A DNA stretch of 6,068 nucleotides, from the sequence record NC_007821.1; one strand, written 5' to 3'. Shown one piece after another: positions 1-4,955 of the stretch; position 1 is the first letter of the stretch, and the number at the start of each line of letters is the position of its first letter. Source of the DNA: Enterobacteria phage WA13. Below the pieces are notes generated by a model. That model was not told the origin of the DNA, ran no database searches, and saw only the letters and a list, made by a program, of their open reading frames with translations. A program made the position numbers and the translations under genes.

Positions 1-27
1 TTGTTGACATTCCCTAAACCCTTATGA

Positions 28-64
28 GACTCTTGCTTCAACGAATGAAGTAGGAGTCTTTATT
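28..64 (+). terminator. Terminator-like hairpin with U-rich tail just downstream of gene H (across the circular junction); candidate TH
   Basis: Arms 28-40 (gactcttgcttca) and 46-58 (tgaagtaggagtc) pair over 13 positions, two of them G-U wobbles in RNA, with loop acgaa (41-45), followed by TTTATT (59-64). The 3' arm contains the TAGGAG Shine-Dalgarno (51-56) of the ORF starting at 65. Hand-folded, no energy calculation. Confidence 0.45.
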
Positions 65-433
65 ATGAAACCCGCTTACCGCTTGACTCATCCGATTCTC
101 GGCTCTTGGTTGTTTAAGTGCCCCGTTTATATCCGTTATGAGCACCTTCATCACGGTCGTCTTATCAAGGTTCGCGCTGTTCGTGATTTGTCCCCGCGTC
201 AGCAGCTTATTGCTAACCCTAAAAACTGCTTTGACGTTGTTATTGCTGAGATTGACGTTACTTATTGTTCTGTCACTTATTTTGATTATGAGGCTGAGGA
301 ATATACCGAGTGTGATTCAGAAACTATGGATAATATCCTTGCTTATATTAACTCTCCTCATTCCCTTCGCTCTGAGGAGGATTCATCCGTTGATGTTGAC
401 GATATGGCGTGGCTTTATGAAATTGCGGAGTAA
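65..433 (+). CDS. Hypothetical protein (122 aa) in the H-A spacer; not one of the 11 canonical microvirus genes
   Basis: ATG at 65 preceded by TAGGAG (51-56) with 8-nt spacing, TAA at 431-433. By hand count about half of codons end in T versus about a quarter of first positions, the same bias seen in genes D, F, G and H here. The overlapping alternative frame (138..509) gives a Leu-rich product typical of off-frame translation. Acidic C-terminus; I recognise no homologue. Confidence 0.45.
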   Translation: MKPAYRLTHPILGSWLFKCPVYIRYEHLHHGRLIKVRAVRDLSPRQQLIANPKNCFDVVIAEIDVTYCSVTYFDYEAEEYTECDSETMDNILAYINSPHSLRSEEDSSVDVDDMAWLYEIAE

Positions 434-436
434 GTT

Positions 437-526
437 ATGGAAACTGTTGTCGGAAAATTTATTGCTTTGGCTGTTGTTGCTCTTATGCTGTATGGAATTG
501 CCCGCTTAATTCGGAGGTTCCCGTGA
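437..526 (+). CDS. Hypothetical small hydrophobic peptide (29 aa, METVVGKFIALAVVALMLYGIARLIRRFP)
   Basis: ATG at 437 with GGAG (427-430) 6 nt upstream, TGA at 524-526. Single predicted membrane-spanning stretch followed by a basic RLIRR tail. Codons mostly T-ending (act gtt gga.. gct gtt gtt gct ctt). Same frame as ORF 65..433, one codon after its stop. Below the 60-aa cutoff of the supplied ORF track. Confidence 0.3.
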   Translation: METVVGKFIALAVVALMLYGIARLIRRFP

Positions 527-699
527 AGTATTTTAGTCTTGTGGATGAACATTATGCTTATTGCCCTGATACGAGGATTTTGCACATTACTCGTAGCCGT
601 GTTTCTGACCCTCGTTATGAGCGTCGCTTTCTTACTGATGAGGAACATTTTGCACTTTTGGATTGGTTGAAAAATCGCCCAACTTATATTAATTCTTGA
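523..699 (+). CDS. Hypothetical protein (58 aa), GTG start
   Basis: GTG at 523 with GGAGG (513-517) 5 nt upstream, overlapping the stop of the preceding small ORF (GTGA, 523-526). No in-frame ATG exists, so the start must be non-ATG. TGA at 697-699. Very strong third-position T bias (roughly 60% of codons by hand count). Product MKYFSLVDEHYAYCPDTRILHITRSRVSDPRYERRFLTDEEHFALLDWLKNRPTYINS. Confidence 0.35.
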   Translation: MKYFSLVDEHYAYCPDTRILHITRSRVSDPRYERRFLTDEEHFALLDWLKNRPTYINS

Positions 700-725
700 C
701 AGGCCTTTAAAATACCCTCTATATT
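696..725 (+). promoter_or_regulatory. Sigma70-type promoter upstream of gene A (PA)
   Basis: TTGACA (696-701), 18-nt spacer, TATATT (720-725). Position corresponds to the phiX174 PA promoter just upstream of gene A. Confidence 0.5.
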
Positions 726-756
726 GCCCTCATAGGTTCACTACGAGGGCTTTTTT
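726..756 (+). terminator. GC-rich hairpin plus T6 tract immediately upstream of the gene A start; intrinsic-terminator-like
   Basis: gccctc (726-731) pairs with gagggc (745-750), with an inner tag/cta helix (733-735 / 741-743), followed by TTTTTT (751-756). The 3' arm is the gene A Shine-Dalgarno GAGGG (745-749). Confidence 0.45.
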
Positions 757-758
757 GC

Positions 759-2243
759 ATGGCTTCTGAAATCTTCTCTGATGTTGTTAAGTCTGTTTGG
801 TCGCACGCTACGGCTAAGCACGCTCATCTTCGTATGGCTGTTCAGGTTGATAATCGTAGTCGCCTTCTTTCTGATTTGGTTTACCAGTTGGAAAAGCGCC
901 TTTCCGAAGAGACTCATTTGGATGATGAGACTTATGCCCTTTATGAATCTCAGACTGGCCTTTTGGAAGATCATATGGCACTGGTTCGGAAGTGTGCAGC
1001 CCAACTTGATAATAGTAACACTATAGACCACCGTACCCCTTTGGATGCCGAATGTGTTTTCCTGTTTGAAATGATTTGCCCAGGCGTTCGCTACGGTAAA
1101 ACGTTGAATTCTCTTTGGACTAAGTATGTTGCTCAATGGCCTGAGAAGTTAATTCGTCAAGAGTTAGACATGGTTAAGCCTTTATCCTTTAAGGATGAGG
1201 TTGCTAAGTACATGGAGAAGATGCAGGAAAAAACACGCAAAAATCGCATGACTCAAAAAGTAATTAATGAGATGCGTATTGCTCACCAAAAGGGCTGGTT
1301 TTTCGTATTTGATACGTTGACACTTGCTGATGATCGTTTGCAGGCTTTTAATGAAAACCCCAATGCTCTTCGTGATTATTTCAGGACTGTTGGTCGAGCT
1401 GTTCTGCGCGCTGAAGGTCGTTCGGTTAAGGATTCCTACAACGATTGCTATCGCTATCTTTGTGTGCCGGAGTTTGGAGGTCAGCACGGTCGTCTTCATT
1501 GGCATGTTGTGCATATGGTGCGGACTCTTCCTTTGGGAAGTTACGACCCTAATTTCGGTCGCAAGGTACGTAATTATCGCCAGATTAACTCGTTCCGTGG
1601 CATGTGGCCTTATGGCTTCACGCAACCGATAGCTGTACGCTATCAACATGATGCTTATTCTCGCAAAGGTTGGTTGTGGCCTGTTGACAAATCAGGTAAA
1701 GCAATGCAGAGTAAGCCCTATCAGGCGGTCGCATGGTATGTGACCAAATATGTAGCTAAGCAATCTGACCAGCGTCAGAAAGCTATTACTGAGAGACAAA
1801 AAAAATGCAAGAATCCACTTATGGCAATCTGTCTGAAAAAGGAATTCAGAGTTCGCAGCAGCCGGAAACTCGGAATGGAGTTACCGTCGATGGCGCATCT
1901 CAGCAACAAAGTGCTTCTGGAGCTGAGCCGAATCAGCTTCGATTCCAGCCCTCTGTATCAGATAGTGAAAGAGAACGCCAAAAAGCAATTGACCTTGAAC
2001 ATCGGCGCGCTGCCTTTGCACGTCATTTTGGATGTGCGCCCGGAAGTGAGAAGTATGTTGAAAAATATCCGTCGTTTGATGAAAAAGACACCCGAGTTCA
2101 ATTGGCAGAGTTCTATCGCTTCAATGACGGTCACCTTAAAAAATGGGGATATTTCTGATGAAGCACGTCAATACATTATTGATGCAGGAATTACGCCTTT
2201 TGATTTGCGAGCTAAAGCGACTCAAACTTTCGGCGGTAAGTGA
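759..2243 (+). CDS. A: Replication initiation protein A (rolling-circle HUH endonuclease)
   Basis: 494-aa ORF, ATG 759, TGA 2241-2243, SD GAGGG 745-749. C-terminal two-thirds align by eye with phiX174 protein A (GWFFVFDTLTLADDRL, NPNALRDYFR, CVPEFG, HUH-like GRLHWHVVHM, two-tyrosine motif WYVTKYVAK, C-terminal GITPFDLRAKATQTFGGK). Contains the conserved ori(+) sequence. Confidence 0.92.
   Translation: MASEIFSDVVKSVWSHATAKHAHLRMAVQVDNRSRLLSDLVYQLEKRLSEETHLDDETYALYESQTGLLEDHMALVRKCAAQLDNSNTIDHRTPLDAECVFLFEMICPGVRYGKTLNSLWTKYVAQWPEKLIRQELDMVKPLSFKDEVAKYMEKMQEKTRKNRMTQKVINEMRIAHQKGWFFVFDTLTLADDRLQAFNENPNALRDYFRTVGRAVLRAEGRSVKDSYNDCYRYLCVPEFGGQHGRLHWHVVHMVRTLPLGSYDPNFGRKVRNYRQINSFRGMWPYGFTQPIAVRYQHDAYSRKGWLWPVDKSGKAMQSKPYQAVAWYVTKYVAKQSDQRQKAITERQKKCKNPLMAICLKKEFRVRSSRKLGMELPSMAHLSNKVLLELSRISFDSSPLYQIVKENAKKQLTLNIGALPLHVILDVRPEVRSMLKNIRRLMKKTPEFNWQSSIASMTVTLKNGDISDEARQYIIDAGITPFDLRAKATQTFGGK
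1002..1031 (+). other. Viral (+) strand origin of replication, 30-nt protein A recognition and nicking sequence
   Basis: CAACTTGATAATAGTAACACTATAGACCAC differs at only about 3 positions from the phiX174 origin CAACTTGATATTAATAACACTATAGACCAC as I recall it. The expected nick is between G1008 and A1009. Lies inside gene A, as in phiX174 and G4. Confidence 0.8.
1212..2243 (+). CDS. A*: A* (in-frame internal initiation product of gene A); start uncertain
   Basis: phiX174 makes a 341-aa A* from an internal ATG shortly upstream of the conserved GWF..DTLTLADDRL block. Here the in-frame ATGs are 1212, 1221 and 1248; 1212 has AAGGATGAGG (1191-1200) upstream and gives 343 aa. The start cannot be fixed from sequence alone. 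Confidence 0.3.
   Translation: MEKMQEKTRKNRMTQKVINEMRIAHQKGWFFVFDTLTLADDRLQAFNENPNALRDYFRTVGRAVLRAEGRSVKDSYNDCYRYLCVPEFGGQHGRLHWHVVHMVRTLPLGSYDPNFGRKVRNYRQINSFRGMWPYGFTQPIAVRYQHDAYSRKGWLWPVDKSGKAMQSKPYQAVAWYVTKYVAKQSDQRQKAITERQKKCKNPLMAICLKKEFRVRSSRKLGMELPSMAHLSNKVLLELSRISFDSSPLYQIVKENAKKQLTLNIGALPLHVILDVRPEVRSMLKNIRRLMKKTPEFNWQSSIASMTVTLKNGDISDEARQYIIDAGITPFDLRAKATQTFGGK
1805..2158 (+). CDS. B: Internal scaffolding protein B (in a different frame inside gene A)
   Basis: 117-aa ORF inside A. The C-terminus LAEFYRFNDGHLKKWGYF matches the phiX174 B C-terminus (..AEFYRFHDAEVNTFGYF); the divergent N-terminal half is typical for B. Weak SD GAGAG 1791-1795. Confidence 0.85.
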   Translation: MQESTYGNLSEKGIQSSQQPETRNGVTVDGASQQQSASGAEPNQLRFQPSVSDSERERQKAIDLEHRRAAFARHFGCAPGSEKYVEKYPSFDEKDTRVQLAEFYRFNDGHLKKWGYF

Positions 2244-2319
2244 CCCGGATTTTTCTCAGGAGAAGATTCATGCTGAGCTCGACTCGTTACTACGCAAGTT
2301 ATCGCGCTACTTTGACTAA
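2158..2319 (+). CDS. K: Protein K (small non-essential protein overlapping the A/C junction)
   Basis: ATG 2158 overlaps the B stop (TGATG, 2156-2160), as in phiX174. 53 codons translated by hand without an internal stop: MKHVNTLLMQELRLLICELKRLKLSAVSDPDFSQEKIHAELDSLLRKLSRYFD, TAA 2317-2319. Resembles phiX174 K (..KQELLLLVYELNRSGLLA..). Below the ORF-track size cutoff. Confidence 0.7.
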   Translation: MKHVNTLLMQELRLLICELKRLKLSAVSDPDFSQEKIHAELDSLLRKLSRYFD

Positions 2320-2476
2320 GCAGCTGATGTTTTTGACTAAAGCTGACTTTACCAATGATGATGAAAAATGGCTTAATGCCTTTGGTAATTTGCTCCGTCA
2401 GTGGTTTCAGATTGAGGATTGGAAAGGCAATCATAAAAAATTGCTTGACGATTTAAAAAAACGTGATTACATTTGA
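2270..2476 (+). CDS. C: Protein C (DNA maturation/packaging switch protein)
   Basis: ATG 2270 with AGGAG (2258-2262) 7 nt upstream, TGA 2474-2476, 68 aa. Similar to phiX174 C (shared ..DEEKWLN.. region). An alternative GTG at 2240 overlaps the A stop (GTGA) but lacks a comparable SD. Confidence 0.75.
   Translation: MLSSTRYYASYRATLTKQLMFLTKADFTNDDEKWLNAFGNLLRQWFQIEDWKGNHKKLLDDLKKRDYI
2445..2473 (+). promoter_or_regulatory. Sigma70-type promoter PD at the end of gene C, driving D-E-J-F-G-H
   Basis: TTGACG (2445-2450), 17-nt spacer atttaaaaaaacgtgat, TACATT (2468-2473). Closely resembles the phiX174 PD region as I recall it (TTGACA-ttttaaaagagcgtgga-TTACTAT). Confidence 0.55.
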
Positions 2477-2519
2477 GCTGTTTCAAGGTTTCTTACCCAT
2501 TAAATGTTAGGAGAATGTT

Positions 2520-2978
2520 ATGTCTAATCTTGTTGCTACTGATGTTAACTTTGCTACTTCTGTTGCTGCTCTGAAGATGCTTCAGGCTTCCGCTGTTCTG
2601 GATATTACCGAGGAGGATTTTGATTTCCTGACTGGTGATAAAATTTGGATTGCTACTGACCGCAACCGTGCGCGTCGCTGTGTTGAGGCTTGTGTTTATG
2701 GAACACTGGACTTTGTGGGATACCCTCGCTTTCCTGCTCCTGTTGAGTTTATTGCTGCCGTCATTGCTTATTATGTTCATCCCGTCAACATTCAGACGGC
2801 CTGCCTCATCATGGAAGGCGCTGAGTTTACGGAAAACATTGTTAATGGCGTCGAGCGTCCGGTTAAAGCCGCTGAGCTCTTCGCGTACACCTTGCGTGTT
2901 AAGGCCGGATTCAAAGAAACGGTTCTGAGCGCTGAAGAGAATGCTCGTCAGAAACTTCGTGCAAGTGGAGTAATGTAA
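2520..2978 (+). CDS. D: External scaffolding protein D
   Basis: 152-aa ORF, AGGAG (2509-2513) 6 nt before ATG 2520. Near-identical over long stretches to phiX174 D (LQASAVLD.TE.DFDFLT, RARRCVEACVYGTLDFVGYPRFPAPVEFIAAVIAYYVHPVNIQTACLIMEGAEFTENI, C-terminal GVM). Confidence 0.95.
   Translation: MSNLVATDVNFATSVAALKMLQASAVLDITEEDFDFLTGDKIWIATDRNRARRCVEACVYGTLDFVGYPRFPAPVEFIAAVIAYYVHPVNIQTACLIMEGAEFTENIVNGVERPVKAAELFAYTLRVKAGFKETVLSAEENARQKLRASGVM
2698..2928 (+). CDS. E: Lysis protein E (MraY inhibitor), in a different frame inside gene D
   Basis: ATG 2698 with GAGG (2685-2688) upstream; 76 aa. The N-terminal transmembrane region WTLWDTLAFLLLLSLLLPSLLIMFIPSTF is essentially identical to phiX174 E, including the essential Pro in LLLPSLL. 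The supplied ORF 2635..2928 is this frame extended to an upstream GTG. Confidence 0.85.
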   Translation: MEHWTLWDTLAFLLLLSLLLPSLLIMFIPSTFRRPASSWKALSLRKTLLMASSVRLKPLSSSRTPCVLRPDSKKRF

Positions 2979-2979
2979 T

Positions 2980-3054
2980 ATGAAGAAAGCTCGTCGTTCC
3001 CCTTCTCGTAAGAAAGGCGCTCGTCTCTGGTATGTAGGCGGTTCTCAATTTTAA
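2980..3054 (+). CDS. J: DNA-binding/packaging protein J (small basic protein)
   Basis: ATG 2980, two nt after the D stop. MKKARRSPSRKKGARLWYVGGSQF (24 aa), TAA 3052-3054. The C-terminus GARLWYVGG.QF matches phiX174 J; the short length fits the G4/alpha3 type. SD GGAG 2967-2970. Confidence 0.8.
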   Translation: MKKARRSPSRKKGARLWYVGGSQF

Positions 3055-3059
3055 TTAAC

Positions 3060-3073
3060 GGGGCTTCGGCCCC
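3060..3073 (+). terminator. J-F spacer hairpin GGGGCTTCGGCCCC (UUCG tetraloop); likely weak terminator / mRNA-stabilising structure
   Basis: Perfect 5-bp G/C stem closing a C(UUCG)G tetraloop. No strong U tract follows (tataagg), so termination would be partial. The F Shine-Dalgarno AAGGA lies at 3077-3081. Confidence 0.5.
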
Positions 3074-3088
3074 TATAAGGATTCTTAA

Positions 3089-4372
3089 ATGTCAAACGTG
3101 CAAACTTCCGCTGAACGTATTCCTCACGACCTTTCTCATCTGGTTTTTGATGCAGGCAAAATTGGTCGTTTAAAGGTTGTTTCTTGGACTCCTGTTGTTG
3201 CAGGTGATTCTTTTGAGCTTGATATGATTGGCGCTATTCGCCTTTCCCCGCTTCGTCGTGGCCTTGCTGTTGACTCTCGTGTTGACCTGTTCACGTTTTA
3301 TGTCCCTCATCGTCATGTATATGGTGAGCAGTGGATTGATTTTATGAAGCAAGGTGTTGATGCTGCTCCTTTGGCCCCTGTTCAGTGCTCTCGCGGTTGG
3401 GATAGTGCTCAGTATCTTGCTACTATTCCGTCTAGTAACTTAAAGGTTCCTAAGTTTCTTCATCAAGGTTACCTGAACATTTACAATAATTACTTTAAAG
3501 CTCCGTGGATGGATGACCTGACTTATGCCAACCCGTCTAATATGGAGGGTGAAGATGTTCGTTTTGGTGTTCGTGCATGTAACTTGAAAACTATTTGGAC
3601 TGCTCCGCTTCCTCCGGATACTGAAACCTCTCATTCTATGGAGACTGAAACCAACTCCATTGACATTATGGGTTTGCAGGCCGCTTATGCTCAATTACAT
3701 ACTGAGCAGGAGCGTGATTACTTCATGACTCGTTATCGTGATATTGTTAACGAATTTGGAGGTAGTACTTCTTATGATGCGGATAATCGTCCTTTGCTTG
3801 TTATGCATTCTGAGTTCTGGGCCTCAGGCTATGATGTTGACGGCACCGACCAAAGCTCTCTCGGTCAGTTCTCCGGTCGTGTCCAGCAGACGTTTAAGCA
3901 TTCAGTACCGCGATTCTTCTGCCCTGAGCATGGCACTATGTTCACACTCGCATTGGTCCGCTTCCCGCCGACTCATGAAATGGAGATGCATTACTTAGTT
4001 GGTAAAGAAGATTTGACTTATACTGATTTGGCTTGTGACCCTGCTTTGATGGCTAACTTGCCTCCTCGTGAGGTTAATATGTCTCAGTTCTTCCATTCTG
4101 GAAGTGCTAGTGCTAAGTTTAAGATCGCTGAAGGTCAGTGGTATCGCATGCAGCCTGATCGCGTTGCATTGCCGTATAACTATCTTGATGGTTTTCCGTT
4201 CTATAGCGCGATTCCGTCTGATGATATTAAGCAGCGCGTTCTGGTTAATACTGATAACTACGATGAGGTTTTCCAGTCTATGCAGCTTGCGCACTGGAAT
4301 ATGCAGACTAAGTTTAATTGCACCATTTATCGTAATATGCCGACCACTCGCGACTCTATTATGACCTCTTGA
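3089..4372 (+). CDS. F: Major capsid protein F
   Basis: 427-aa ORF. Long stretches match phiX174 F (MSN.QT.AER.PHDLSH, FTFYVPHRHVYGEQWI, GYLNIYNNYFKAPWM, DIMGLQAAYA, LVMHS..WASGYDVDGTDQ.SLGQFSGRVQQT.KHSVPRFF.PEHGTMFTLALVRFPPT, C-terminal PTTRDSIMTS). Confidence 0.95.
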   Translation: MSNVQTSAERIPHDLSHLVFDAGKIGRLKVVSWTPVVAGDSFELDMIGAIRLSPLRRGLAVDSRVDLFTFYVPHRHVYGEQWIDFMKQGVDAAPLAPVQCSRGWDSAQYLATIPSSNLKVPKFLHQGYLNIYNNYFKAPWMDDLTYANPSNMEGEDVRFGVRACNLKTIWTAPLPPDTETSHSMETETNSIDIMGLQAAYAQLHTEQERDYFMTRYRDIVNEFGGSTSYDADNRPLLVMHSEFWASGYDVDGTDQSSLGQFSGRVQQTFKHSVPRFFCPEHGTMFTLALVRFPPTHEMEMHYLVGKEDLTYTDLACDPALMANLPPREVNMSQFFHSGSASAKFKIAEGQWYRMQPDRVALPYNYLDGFPFYSAIPSDDIKQRVLVNTDNYDEVFQSMQLAHWNMQTKFNCTIYRNMPTTRDSIMTS

Positions 4373-4378
4373 TTATGT

Positions 4379-4392
4379 GGGGCTTCGGCCCC
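4379..4392 (+). terminator. F-G spacer hairpin GGGGCTTCGGCCCC (second identical copy); likely weak terminator / mRNA-stabilising structure
   Basis: Same 14-nt sequence as 3060-3073, followed by cTTTaagg and the G Shine-Dalgarno AAGGA (4396-4400). Confidence 0.5.
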
Positions 4393-4409
4393 CTTTAAGG
4401 ATATTGATT

Positions 4410-4955
4410 ATGTTTCAAGTTTATGTATCTAAACATGTTGCTCCGTTCACCTCTGTGAATCGTGCCTTTTCTATTGCCCCTGCCGCCAATCCCGAAGTTG
4501 TTAACTCTGGTGAGATTGTTGCAGGTCGTTCTACTTTTCGCATTGCTTCTTCTATTGCTTCTGCTTCCAATGGTAGTGGTTTTGCTTTTGTTCAGATGAT
4601 GGATCCGAATTCTCCTGATTCTCAGCAGGTTTTCTCTGTTGCTGCTTCGTTGTCCTTTAGTGTTGATTCGAATTATATTCCTTGTGTTGTTCGTTTTGAG
4701 AGCACTGTTGCTCAGCCTACCAGCTTTGATATTGCAACCGCTGATTTTATTCCGGTTGAGGCTTCTGCCCTTTCTCCTCGTGCGCTTAGCGTTCGCGATT
4801 GTGTTACCGTTGATGTTAAGCCTCGTACTGAAGGCAATAATGTTTTTGTTGGTGTGGTTTTCTTCTCTGCTGCCGCTAATGCTGGTAATGTCACTGGTGT
4901 TGTTTCGATGGCTCAGGTTGACCACGAAGTTACAGCTTTGCAGCCGCTTAAATAA
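4410..4955 (+). CDS. G: Major spike protein G
   Basis: ATG 4410 (MFQVYVSKH.., compare phiX174 MFQTFISRH..) with AAGGA 9 nt upstream, TAA 4953-4955, 181 aa. Conserved CVVRFES, VRDCVTVDVKPRT.GNNVFVG and C-terminal LQPLK. The supplied ORF start at 4377 is a GTG inside the upstream hairpin and is not used. Confidence 0.9.
   Translation: MFQVYVSKHVAPFTSVNRAFSIAPAANPEVVNSGEIVAGRSTFRIASSIASASNGSGFAFVQMMDPNSPDSQQVFSVAASLSFSVDSNYIPCVVRFESTVAQPTSFDIATADFIPVEASALSPRALSVRDCVTVDVKPRTEGNNVFVGVVFFSAAANAGNVTGVVSMAQVDHEVTALQPLK

Noticed and set aside
1684-1725. Candidate PB promoter inside gene A (TTGACA at 1684-1689) upstream of gene B
   Set aside because: No acceptable -10 hexamer at 16-19 nt spacing. A PB promoter is expected somewhere upstream of B, but I cannot place it confidently from sequence alone.
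2635-2697. Extended start for gene E at GTG 2635 (97-aa version)
   Set aside because: Homology to phiX174 E begins at the internal Met (2698), which has its own GAGG SD. The upstream extension has no counterpart in known E proteins.
4377-4409. Extended start for gene G at GTG 4377 (192-aa version in the ORF track)
   Set aside because: The GTG lies inside the F-G hairpin and has no Shine-Dalgarno. ATG 4410 has AAGGA at ideal spacing and gives the conserved MFQ.. N-terminus of G.
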